A DNA stretch of 64,000 nt from Schmidtea polychroa (Eukaryota): the NCBI GenBank assembly GCA_044892525.1, contig CM097885.1:236408001-236472000 (forward strand), in the 5' to 3' direction. Numbering within the stretch: position 1 is the first letter of the stretch; the number at the start of each line of letters is the position of its first letter. The notes under the pieces are model-generated. The model did no database searches. It was not told where the DNA came from and saw only the letters and a program-made list of their open reading frames with translations. Position numbers and translations under genes: made by a program. Shown one piece after another: positions 13,101-27,100 of the stretch.

Positions 13101-16100
13101 ATTTCTTATAAAAAAAGTTTTCAATATAAATAAACATATAATAATTTATATTTTATACATTGAAAATTTTCTGTTGTAAAATTTTACGCCTTGAAAATTT
13201 ATGAAATGCTACAATGACATTGAAATTTTTTTTATTTACTAAAAATGTAAGAAAAGTATAAATTATCAAAAATATTTGAGAATAATTCGATTTTTTCTTT
13301 AAATTTCAATATATAATCCTTTGAAATTTGAATATAGTTTCTAAAAATAAATTTATAATCATAGGATGCGGGAGTTACCTTGGTTTTGTGATACGTATGT
13401 GAAATTTGACGTGTATTTAATTTAGTTTCTAACTGGTGGATGTGTTTTATGTTAATCTTTAACTAAAAGTTAATATTTAATTAAAAAGTGTTTATTAAAA
13501 TAAATTTGTTTATCTGCCTTTATTGCAAAAAGTACAATTATTTAAAAAAAATAACTTTGAGTTTTAATTTATTTCATTTAGTGTAAATACAGGTATGTTA
13601 TTTTTTATTAAATATTAAATATTAAGTATGTGATTTAAAGGTAGAAAAAAAAGGGTTAAAAATGTATTAAACTTAAAATGTAAACATTTTTTCTAAATTT
13701 AATCTTTTATATTTAAACATTCAACTTTTATATATTTAAACATTTCATTTATAACTTTATATTAAAATATGTATGAATTTTTTTTCTATTTATTAAGTTT
13801 TTCATAATTTTAATTAATTTTCGAAATTTCCCAACATTTTTAACCTCTTTTGGAGGTTTTTTGATAAGTTTAGTTTTGTCATAAAATCGATTTTATTTAA
13901 ATTTAAATTAAATTAGGATACTATACCGTTATATAATGGATACTTGGTTAAAAACTGGAAAGCTTCCTGCTAAGGTCAAGGAAGTTAATTTAGAAACTGA
14001 AACAGCATCGAAAGACAATGCAGTTAGTTCTAGGCTTGATACAGAAACATCATCGAAAAATCTGCCTTCTAAAAACAAAATAGCTAATGATTCAGATAAA
14101 TCCACTAAAAAAAGAAAGTATGATGACGAATATTTAAAATTTGGATTCGCCTGGATTGGTAATGAAAAAGAACCAAATGGATTATGCGTAGAGTGTGAAA
14201 AAGTAATGCATAACAGTAGTTTAAATCCAGCAAAAATGAAAAGACATTTGGAAACTAATCACCCGACTTTAAAAAATAAAAGTATTGAGTATTTCCAGAA
14301 AAAGTGTAATGAGCTTAAACAGAAAAATCAGCAATTTAAGAAATTCATACATGATGATAATATAAATGCTTTGAAAGCATCTTATTTGGTCAGTTATCGT
14401 GTTGCTCAACAAGGTGAAGCTTACACTATTGCTGAAAAATTAGTGAAACCATGTACCAAAGGTATAGTTTCTTGCATGATAGGAGAGAAACATGTTAAAA
14501 TGGTTGATTACGTGCCACTCTCTGATACTACTGTATCCAGGCGGATTATGGACATGGCAAATTATTGTGAAGTACAACTCATAAAACGTTTGAAAAATTG
14601 TATCCATGGATTTTCTCTTCAGTTGGATGAATCTACAGATGTATCTGGGTTAGCAATTTTACTGGTATTTGTACGATACATTCATGAAATGGCTGCTGAA
14701 GAAGATATGCTTTTTTGTAAAGCTCTACCCAGCAAAACAACAGGTGAAGAAATATTTAAAATAATTGATTCATATTTTATACAGCATGATATATCTTGGG
14801 ATTTATGTCACCATGTATGCACCGATGGTGCAAAAGCAATGCTTGGGAGTTTGAAAGGTGTAGTTGCGCGTATAAAACAGAAAAATCCTTACATTAAAAA
14901 TAATCATTGCTGTCTTCATCGACAGGCTCTTGCAGTAAAAAGAATGCCAGAAGAACTAAAAACTGTTCTTAATGATTGTGTCAAAATTGTAAATTTTATC
15001 AAATCAAGGCCGTTGAATTCGAGAATATTCACCTTATTATGTGAAGATATGGGAAGTAAACATAAAACATTATTACTTCACACAGAAGTTCGTTGGTTAT
15101 CTCGTGGTAAAGTATTGACAAGATTTTTTCACTTACGAGATGAAATCAGATTGTTTTTTGCTAAACATCCACATGAACTATCTCACAAATTAAATGATGT
15201 GAAATGGGTTCAACAAATTTCTTATCTTTCAGATATTTTTTCATATTTTAATGAAGTAAATCTTTCTCTTCAAGGCCCAAATACGAACATTTTCCAAGTT
15301 CAAAATAAAATAAATGCAACTATAATGAAATTAAAATTTTGGGCGGATTGTATTTTGAAATCAAATACTGAATGTTTTTTTAATTTAAATGATTTTTTAC
15401 TCTCCAATAATGCTGAAATTAATGAAAATGTTAAAATATATGTATTGCAACATTTATCTGATTTACAAGATACTTTTGTGGAATATCTTCCTGCTCAGAT
15501 AGAAAATTTTGATTGGGTTCAAAATCCATTTGTTGAATACTGCAATAACTATCATTTAACAATAAAAGAAAGGGAGCAATACATTGATATTTCAACTGAT
15601 TCTACATTAAAAATAAAATTTTTTGAAGGAGAGATTTTGAATTTTTGGCTTGAAATGTTTTGCCAATTTCCTGACCTCGCAAAAAAAGCTATTAAAATTT
15701 TGATGCCATTTGTGACCACTTATATGTGTGAAAGATCTTTCTCGCTATATATTGCCACAAAAACAAAATACAGAAATAAATTAGATGCTGAAAATGAAAT
15801 GAGGCTACAAATTACAAGAATTGTACCAGATTTCAATGTAATTTGTAGCAAAAAACAGGCTCAACCTAGTCATTGAGTACCATTTAATATCAAATTTCTA
15901 TTTTTTTTATGTTAAACTTTATATTTTTGCCATTAATTATTTAAATAAAATAATTTTATATTATAAAGTGCATTATTTTTTTATAAATTACCACATCGAC
16001 AACCCCAATTGAATACATATATACATGCCCACATATACATGGGGAAATTTTTATTGGAAGGGTTCCGACGACTGCGAAAGTTTTTGGAAGGGTTCCGACG

Positions 16101-19100
16101 ACTGCGAAAGGTTGAAGAGCACTGATCTAGACAAATGAAAATTCCGCGAAGCTTACCGAATTTTACTTCACTACTAAAAGCTCCAAAACAATCAAGAATG
16201 ACAATTTTAAAATCATTTCCAACATTTGTGATTGATGATTTACTAGACATTATAATGAAAGTTGTATATGGAAAAGTAAATATTAGCAATGCAAGGAAAG
16301 AAATTTTGAAAAAGCATAAAAAATCTCTTTTATCGCTTGCAAATAGTAAAAATAAGAAGCAAATGAGAAAGATTATGTATAAAAAATATGAGGAAGTTGA
16401 AAGATTCTTAAAGATTAATTAGAAATTTTGTTAAAATTTAAAATATATTTTTATTGAACAATATTTTAAAAAGAAGAACGAAATTTATCATTTTTAAAAA
16501 ATATTTTTATCAAAGAATATTTTAAGAAAAACTGAAATTTATTTTAAATAACAAATTTAAGAAGAGACAAGTTTTTGAGTATATAATTTATTAAATAAAA
16601 TTTATGGAATTATTTAGTGATTTGAAAACGGATGTTATCACGGATGAGAATCCTAATAAACAACATGGTGGAATTATAGCTGCATTGATACCTCTTGCAT
16701 TATCTTTATTAGGCGGAGCAGGTTTACTAGGAAGTCGAAGTTCATAAACAATGGGCGGTACTCCTTCAATACCGAATTTTAAACTTGATTTAAATTCAAA
16801 TTGTTGCAATGGAGAAAATTTGGACAAATCCAAAAGACCCAGCATCTTTCGGCGGAGTCAACAAATTACAGAAATTAGTCAAGAAATCAAAGAACGAGAC
16901 AAAAAATTGGTTGTCCAGCAAACTTGCATACAGTCTCGACAAGCCAATGTTAAAAAGATTTCCAACAAGATCCTATAAAACATTTGGAATTGATGACCTA
17001 TGGCAATTAGATTTGATGGGAAATGATTCCATATTCGAGTATCAATAAAGGTTACAAGTATATTTTGACATGCATTGGTGTATTTAGTCGATTTGCAAGA
17101 GCTATACCTGTTAAAACTAAATCTGCTAATGAAATGGCTTAAGCAATCAAGAATTTATTTGCTGATGGACATCCTGATAACTTGCAAACTGACTTGGGTA
17201 AGGAATTCTACAATAGTAAACTTAAAACAAATTCTAAAAGAAAATCATGTAAATCACTATAGTATAGTGACTATACTATGCATTCACAGTGTGAGGAGTT
17301 AAAATTAAAATACTAAATTAAATTAGTTCATGATTAAAATTTGTAAAATTTTAATTGAAACTTAAATTATTTTAAGATATTAAAATTGAAATGATAATTG
17401 AAATTTTAAAATAAAATAATTTTTAATAAAATTGAAATTCAACTATGAATGCGATGGTATGTTGATATTTGGTTGAAATTAAAATTTAGAAAATGTCCCA
17501 AGAATATTTGTTTATATAATCAGATTTAATGAAATATAATTTTGGATTTAATAGTCTTAGTAATTTATTTTGATGACAGAAGAATTAAATGTTATAGCTT
17601 CTAACATGGCGACCATTCCAACGGATCTGCTTATTGGAAGATTACTTCCAGAAAAATTCCACAGAGGAGATGACCTCGAATTATTTATCAAAGAATGTCA
17701 GAGGTTCTTTGAAATAACGAAGACACCAGTGAAGACCCAAATGGTACTAGTTATTACACTTCTGGACAGGACTTTGATTGAAGAATATGAAACCGCAGAA
17801 GGTAAAACCGTTGAACAGAAATTAAGAGCAGCTTTTCATCGACCAACGTCATTGATTGATGACTTAAGAGAAGCCTTGAACTACGAGCAAGGTAACGAAT
17901 CAGCGGAAATATTTATAGAGAAAATATCAAAAATGACTAAAAAATTGGCCTCACACACTTGGAATGAGGAAGAAATTCAGAAATGTTTATTGACACATTG
18001 TGTAAAAGATAAAGAAGTCAGGAAAGAAATCGAAATGAAAGATCTCAAAACGGCGGAACAAATTAAAGAAACTATAAAGAAGATAGAAAAAGTTAACAAG
18101 GTTATTGAACAAGTAAACACGGTGAGATCAATACGACCTACAACTGGGGAAAGAACTTATAGAGATGTAGTACAAGTTGGAGCCACGAAGAGAAAAATCA
18201 ACGAATGGAAACCAGAGACAAGAATTAAAGTGATAGAATGCTGGACGTGTCAAAAACCGGGACACAGTAGCAGAGAATGTAATATAAAAAGAAGATTTCA
18301 ATGTTATGCATGTGGTGTTGAAGGTCACATACGAAGAGAATGCCCAACAATCAAATGTCATAGATGCAATGCACGAGGACACAAAGAAAGAGAGTGCTAC
18401 ACAAATATGGAAAGACGAAATTAAGGAAGAGATCGAGACCAAAGGAAGATGTCAGGAGGAAGAATTCAAAGAAATACCTATCAACAAAGGGAAGATATGT
18501 ATCAATCAAGGAACGTACATCAAAGACAATGGGGAAACCAACAATATAACAGAAAAGATATTGCAGCTATCGAGTCTGATGATGAGATGATGAATACAAA
18601 ACAGTCAAGCCAGCCAGACGAGTATAACAGGGAGAATGACCCAAACGAGCACGCTCCGTCAAACGGGACATTGATCGGAGCAATTTACTAAGTAATATTG
18701 ATTTCAACCAAAGAATGAATGCTAACGGTATGTGTAATTTAAGTATGTATGATGATTGTATGATTGATAAAGATTGTAGTGTTTTTGAACGTGATATTAA
18801 TAATAATAGTAGTGTAGAAATCAAAAAGTCGAATGATAAGGTAATTCAGAAAAAATTTAAAGAGGAGTGTAAAGTAAATGAATTAGTAAAACACGAGGAA
18901 AGAACTATAGAGAAAATTTACAAATTCCTCAAGAAAAATGGAGACGTGTGTATTAATGAAATTGTAGAAGATACTAGAGAGCAGAATATTTTGTCAGTAG
19001 AAGAACAAAAAAGTCCAGTAATAACATATAATAATGCAAGGTAGACCGAGTACAACACTGGATATCCAAGGGCGGAAAGTAGATTGTTTATTGGATACAG

Positions 19101-22100
19101 GAGCGCGAATTAATGTGATGGCTAAATCGGTAATTGATCGATTAGAAAATATCGAAATATTAGAAACAAGGGAATCGCTAAGATGTGCAAACAACAGTAG
19201 ATTAGAAACTATGGGTAAAATAAACATCAATGTTAAAATGGGCAGTATTGAAAGAAATGTAACATTCATTATAGTAAAGAATTTAATACCAGAAATTATT
19301 GGAGGAGTAGAACTACAAAGGTTATTTGGTATAGAATTGAAATGTATACTAGAAGAACATGAAAAACGTAGTGATTTCATTTGCGAAATAGAAGCTAGAT
19401 TTGGGCGGATTATAACAGATGAAGAAAGATTACGTCATGCCATCGACGTTTTAAAGGTTACCGGAAATAAGAGACTGTTAGAAATATTTCAGGCAAACAA
19501 GAATGTTTTTATGGCAGATAAATGGGACATTGGGTGTACCAATCTGATAAAACATAAGATCATCACGAAAGGAGAGCCAATAATGATTAAACCGAGACGT
19601 CAGCCAATAAATTTGGAAGACAAGATTGAGGAAGCAATAAAAAATCTAGAAAACAACGGAATAATTAGGAAGTGTAATTCACCGTGGAACACACCTTTAG
19701 TTTGTGTATGGAAGAAAGAGAAAAAAGACACCAGGCTTTGTCTAGACTTCAGACAATTAAACAAGATAACATAAAGACAAGCATTTACAATGCCAAATGT
19801 AGATGAAATTTTAGACATCCTACACGGATCCAGATATTTTAGCTCAATCGACTTGGGAAATGCTTATTACCAAGTGAAGTTAGATAAAGAATCTCAAGAG
19901 AAAACAGCATTCTCAACAAAAGAAGGACAGTTCTGTTTTAACAGGATGCCGTTCGGTATTGCAGCGGCACCAGGAACATTTCAAGAATTAATGACGAAAG
20001 TATTGAAAGATTTGTGGAAAGATGGAGTGATGGTATATTTAGACGACATCCTAATATTCACAAAGACAGAAGAAGACCATTATAACATATTTGAAAAAGT
20101 CCTAGGGAAGATCGCAACAGCAGGACTAAGATTGAACCCCGAAAAATGTCAAATATTTAGAAAAGAAGTGAAGTTTCTGGGACACATAATAAATAAAGAC
20201 GGCATACAAACAGATAATACTAAGATAGAAGCAATACAATCATTTCAAAAGCCAAAATGTGTAAAGAATCTGAGGAGCTTTCTGGGTATCTGTAACTATT
20301 ATCGACGGTTCATAAAAGACTATGCAAAGAAGGCAAGAGCACTAGAAAGCATATGCGGAAAAAACAATGAGAAAATAAGATGGACAGAGATGTGTGAAAA
20401 GGCTTTCGGGGAAATGAAAGAAGCATTGATAACCGCCCCAGTATTGGTATTTCCAGATTTCAGAAAAGAATTTATATTAGACACAGACGCGAGCTTCGAT
20501 ACTATTGGAGCAGTTCTTTCGCAAAAGGATGAAAAAGGACATGAACATGTCATTGCATATGGTTCACATGCGATGAGCAGCCACGAAAAAGGATACTGCA
20601 TTACCAGAAAAGAATTATTGGCAATATACTATTTTTGTAAACATTTCAACCATTACTTATATGGTAAGAGATTCGTACTGAGAACGGACCATAAAGCTAT
20701 TACGTTTATGGTAACAACGAAGAAACCAATAACTGCTCAATTCCAGACATGGATCAACTATTTAAGCAGTCTGGATATTAAAATGGAATACAGGAAAGGA
20801 ACAAGCCATACAAACGCGGATATGCTATCCAGGAAAACATGCGGAACATGTGTACAGTGTATGATGGAACACGAAGACCCAAAAACCGGCAAAATTAAAA
20901 CCAGAATATTAACAGTAACAGCAGAAGGCGGATATAACAAGTGGCAAAATGACAATATGGAGGTCCAAGAAATAAAGAATAAGTTAGAAAATAAAGATTG
21001 TAAGTTCATAATGGAAAACAACACGGTACTAACTAAGCAAGGTAAAATATGGATACCGTCAGATAATAGACAGAGGATGATAAAAGAAGTACACGTATTG
21101 CTGTGCAATGCAGGTGCACAGAAAGTAACGAAATATATTCAGAATAACTGCGACATGGAAAATTTAGCAACGGAAGTAAAAAAGGTAATTGAGAACTGCG
21201 AAAGATGTCAGAAAATGAAAACGATAACAACCAAGACAAAGGAGGAAACTCAAACAATAAAGAGCACAAGTAGGTAGTTAGTGGCCTACGGGAACAATAG
21301 GGGGGGGGGGGGGTAAAAAATGTTGCAAACTTTTGATTGCATAACTTTTTCCGTAGACATTTTTTGATTACATAATTGTTGCCGCATGCTCCAATGATTT
21401 TTTTCTGGGATTTTAAATACAAAAATTTTTTTTTTTCAATAAACAAGCCAAGAATAAGTATTATTTGGGTGGGTCTCCTTGGTCCTGAGAATTTCAATAG
21501 AAAAGGTAGTCTACACTAAAAAAGCATGGATTATTCAGACTATAGTGAGGGGGTGGGTTTCCATAGTCCTAGGATTTTCAATACAAAAAGACGGTTTACA
21601 CTAAAAAAGTTTGGTAATTCAAGGTCTCAGGATATTTTAAATACAAATAGGTGGTCTACACTAAAAAACAGTGGCAATTTAAAGTCTCAGCATATTTTCA
21701 ATACAAAAGCAAAGGATAAGTCAGTATTATTTGGGTGGGTCTCCTTGGTCCAGGGATTTTCAATACAAAATCTGATTATCACTAAAAAAGCCATGGTTAT
21801 TTAAGGTCTCAGGATATTTTCAATAGAAAAGGTAGTCTCCAATAAAAAAGCATGGATTTTTCACACTATAGTGAGAGAGTCTCCATAGTCCTAGGATTTT
21901 CAATACAAAAAGACGGTTTACACTAAAAAAGTATGGTAATTCAAGGTCTCAGGTTATTTTCAATACAAAAAGGTGGTCTACACTAAAAAACATGGTAATT
22001 TTTTTAAAATAAAGCAAATTATGGGTCTAAAAATTGGATTACAGTAAATTATGGACTAAGATTTTTAAATTAAAGTAAATTATGGTCCAAATTTTTGAAT

Positions 22101-23561
22101 TACATTAAATGTTGGGTCTAAAAATTGAATTACAGTAAACAATGGTCAATAATTTTAATTTAAAGTTAAATAAGTAAATTAAAGGCTAAATTAGGAAATT
22201 AAAGGAAACAATGGTTCAAATTTTAAATTAAAGCTAAATGAGTAAATTAAAGTAATAATTTTTAAATAAGTAATGTAATAAGTAAATTAAGGTTCAAATT
22301 AGTAAATTAAGATCCAAAAAAAAATTAAATTAAAGTAATCAATGGGTTCAAATGAGTTAATTAAGGTTCTAAAAAAAATTAAATTAAATTAATCAACAGG
22401 TTCAAATAAGTTAATTAAGGTTCTAAAAAAAAATTAAATTAAAGTAATCAATGGGTTCAAATGAGTTAATTAAGGTTCTAAAAAAAAATTAATTTAAATT
22501 AATCAACGGGTTCAAATAAGTTAATTAAGGTCTAAAATTTAAAATTAAAGCAATCAATGAGTTCAAATAAGTAAATTAAGGTCCAAATATTTAAATTAAA
22601 GTAATCAATGGGCTCAAATAACTAAATTAAGGTTCTAAAAAATAAATTAAAGTTAATTAAGGTTCAAAATTTAACATTAAGTAATCAATGGTAAAATAAA
22701 ACTTTAAATTAAAGTTAAATAAGTAAATTTAAGTAATGTAATAAGTAAAAAAAGTTAAAGTTAGATTTTAAAATTTATTTACAAAAGTTGGAATAATAGT
22801 TGGTGATTGAGAATTGAAAATTTTAAATGAAAATTTTTAACGTATATTTTTTAAGATAATTTTTAATAGACATTTTTATGAAATATTTTTCAATGTTAAT
22901 TTCAGATGAAAATTTTAATGAAATAATTATTTTTTAAGTTAATTTTTATGAATTATTTTTCAATGTTAATTTTAGATGGAAAGTTTTATGTATTATTTTT
23001 CAATAGTAATTAAAGATGCAAATCATTGTCAATTAATCATTCACTACATGAAATTATTGGTTAAATATGAAAATAAGGGCTATATTTGGTTGTAAATTAT
23101 GGTAAAAAAATTTAAATAAAGTAATACAAGGATAAATAGGTAAATTAATGTTTTATTTTTAAATTATAGGTTCAAAACTTTAAATTAAAATTTATAAACA
23201 AAAGTTGGAATAACCAACCGCTTCTGAGACATAAAAATTTAAAATAAAATTTTTAAGAAATAATTTTTTAAAGTCAAATTTTAATAGAAACTTTTATGGA
23301 ATAATTTTTTTAAGTTAATTTTTATTGAAAATATTTATGAAATATTTTTTTTAAGTTAAATTTGAATAGAAATTTTTATGGAATAATTTTTGAAGCTAAT
23401 TTTAAATAGAAATTTTAATGAATTAATAATTGTCAAAGACAAATTTAAATGGAAATTTTAATGAAATAATTTTCAAAGGCAAATTTAGATGCAAATTTCA
23501 ATGATAATAAAAATTAATAATAAAAATAATAATAAAAAATAATAAAAATAATATTAATATT

Positions 23562-23624
<63 letters not shown>

Positions 23625-23849
23625 CATAATAATCATAATAAAAATAATATTAATATTAATAAAAATAATAATAAAAAATAATAAAAATATTAATAATAAT
23701 TATAATAATAAAAAATAATAAATAAAAATAATAAAAATATTAATAATAATTATAATAATAAAAAATAATGAAAATCATAATAAAAAATAAAATTAAAAAT
23801 AATAATAAAAATAATAATAATATTGATAAAAATAATAATAATTATAATC

Positions 23850-23899
<50 letters not shown>

Positions 23900-24115
23900 C
23901 ATAATAAAAATAATATTAATATTATTAAAAATAATAATAAAAAATAATAAAAATATTAATAATAATTATAATAATAAAAAATAATAATAAAAAATAATAA
24001 AAATATTAATAATAATTATAATAATAAAAAATAATGAAAATCATAATAAAAAATAAAATTAAAAATAATAATAAAAATAATAATAATATTGATAAAAATA
24101 ATAATAATTATAATC

Positions 24116-24175
<60 letters not shown>

Positions 24176-27100
24176 CAATCGGATACCAACAACTATCAGG
24201 TACAACTAGATACCAAGTACATACAACCAACTACTAAGTACCTACAACTATGTACTAACAACCAACTAAGTATTCTTTATTGTATTTTATGAAATGATTT
24301 TTAAATTAATTTTTTATCTGTCTTCAAAAATATGTTTAATTACAATCAGTAGAAAAAATCTTTTCAAAATGTCTAAATTTAACAAAAATGAATAATTGTC
24401 AACTCATCACTACTTGGAATTCAAAATAATTTAAATTACAATGAAATACTAATGAATTCTAATTTACAAAACATTCTTCTTTTAATTGATAACTACTGAC
24501 TTATTATTGCAAAGTAAAAATCACATTCAATAACTACTTATTGTTGATCAGTTTTATTATATATATACTGAGTTTATCCGACAGGATGTTTTGACCCCCT
24601 AAGGGTACAGGTCGTAATGGTACTGGTCGTAAGGGTATTAGTCGTAAAGGTACTAGTCGTAGGGGTATTGGTAACACTCAACCACCACCTACCAAGTACT
24701 AACAAGCAACATCAACCAGCTAACAACTAAATACCAAGTACATACAACCAACATCAACCTGGTACTAAGTATTATCAACCTACAACTATATAACAATCAG
24801 TAAACAATACTGTACCAACTACCAAATACAAGATACCAACAACTTAGTACCAACAACCAGTAACTTACGAACATGTACTAACAACCAAGTAAAAACAATC
24901 AAGTAATAACAAATTGATCTTTAAAAGCAAATACTCTTCACTTGCAATATTGGTAACACTCAACTACCACCTACTCATTAATTAGCTACCACTAGGTTTC
25001 AAACAACAAAATACTAAACACTTACAACCATGTACTAACAACCACCATCAAAACCTATCGAGAAATTAACAAATATATACAACTATATGACAACAATCAG
25101 TAAACAACACTGTACCAACTACTAAATACAAGATACCAAGTACCAACAATCAACTAACAACACATAAAAATAATAGCAATTAAATACAAAATATTCTTCA
25201 TCACATGCAATATATTCTTGTCATCATCTACAACTAAACTCTATCAATCAGATACCAAATATTAACAACCAGATACTTACAACCAACAACTATGTAATAA
25301 AAAATTGATCTTTAAAAGAAAATACTCTTCACTTGAAAAATTGGATGAAAAATTAATAAAAAAAAATGCAATTCATTAATTATCTGATTACCAGTACTTG
25401 TATGATTTTCCAATAACTAGATAAAAATTAAATAAATCATTGTAAAAATTTAAATTATTCAAAACATAATAAATAACAAAATGTAATGGACGAAAGAACT
25501 TTAAATTCTAGTCATTAATCATCCAGTAAATAAAAAAAAATACTGATCATTTAAGTTAATCAACTAAGATAATAAAGATAATAAGATCTAGTAGATAATT
25601 TATTTTGATTGAATAAATTAACTGAAATAAATTAATTCAGTATGAATTCATTACCATTATCAAAGTCAACAATCTACAATAAAAATAATTATCATTAAAT
25701 TCCAAAAGAGACTAGATAACTAATGATAACATCTAATAAACCAGTAAATTCATTTAAATGTCAATAATTGGTATATCCAAGTAAATTTTCTAAAATCATT
25801 CAAGTTAATCAACTAAGATAATAAAGATAATAAGATCTAGTAGATAATTTATTTTGATTGAATAAATTAATTGAAATAAATTAATTTTAATTATTTTTTA
25901 AAAGTAATACACGTATATTGAAATCTATTTACTAATTCCTCAAATTATACACAAAATTCAGTATGAATTCATTACCATTATCAAAGTCAACAATCTACAA
26001 TAAAAATAATTATCATTAAATTCCAAAAGAGACTAGATAACTAATGATGACATCTAATAAACCAGTAAATTCATTTAAATGTCAATAATTTGTATATCCA
26101 AGTAAATTTTCTACTAAAATCATCTAGAAAGCATCAAATTTCCATGAAATATCAATGTCTTTAAAGATAAGTATTTTATCGATAAATACCCTTAAAAGGC
26201 TATATATTTCCCTCAGACTAATAAGATTGCTTAAAATCCCGTTTAAATGACTATAATTATATCTTTAATTTCTATTATCACGAATATTTCCTTATAAAAC
26301 ATGTAAAATCATTAACTCTAAACAATTTATAAAGTCTAATGACAAAAAACAGTTATAATTAAATTTTTGTTCTAAAAATAAATCACTGTAATCGAAATTT
26401 AAAATAAATATTGCTTGAAATTTGACTGTACAATATAACTGAGTAGTTGCATAGAAAGATTAAATTTATCCATATTTCTTCAAATGATCATTTTTACCGA
26501 TATCCAACCGATTTAATTACTAATTAAAATCACCCGATAGATTTCTCCCAATAAAGATCAATTTTCTTTAGTCGACGTTTTAAATCAATATTTCCAACTT
26601 TTGTCGTTGTCCGTCTAAATAAAGATAAAAATAATTTAAAGTTGAAGTCAATCCCAATTATCTGTAAAGATTTCATTGTCAAAACCAAGTAAATCGATCA
26701 TTATCCCTACTTAATAAAACAATGTTCTAAATTAATTTACTGTGCATTAATCACAATCTAATAAAACGATATAATTATTATTGATACATAACTGACTAAT
26801 TACCATTTCCCTTAAAACATTGATATTTTACCAACAGCATACTTAAAAAATCATATATTCCCATCTTAACCCATCTCTCATTAAATTCAATCGACTATAT
26901 CTCCCTTACAATGATATATTCCCACCTTATCTGATCTCTCATTAAAATCAATCAACTATATCCCCCTTACAATGATATATTCCCATCTTAACCCATCCCT
27001 CATTAAATTTAGCCGACTATATCCCCTCAAAAGATCATATTCTCTCATTAAAGTCAATCGACTATATCTCCCTTACAATGATATATTCCCATTTTAACCT

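Larger units (their letters stand above)
12848..16745 (+). pseudogene. Polinton basic core-like protein split by the Buster element; downstream GG|IIAALIPLALSLLGG peptide
   Basis: Removing the hAT and one TSD copy rejoins EFKTSR|QMKIPRSL in frame. The protein is Lys/Arg-rich, and the hydrophobic peptide lies at about 16660-16745. Confidence 0.55.

Noticed and set aside
18128..21108. Several minus-strand ORFs over gag-pol (and 44057-44557 over the hAT transposase)
   Set aside because: They are antisense shadows of real coding sequence.
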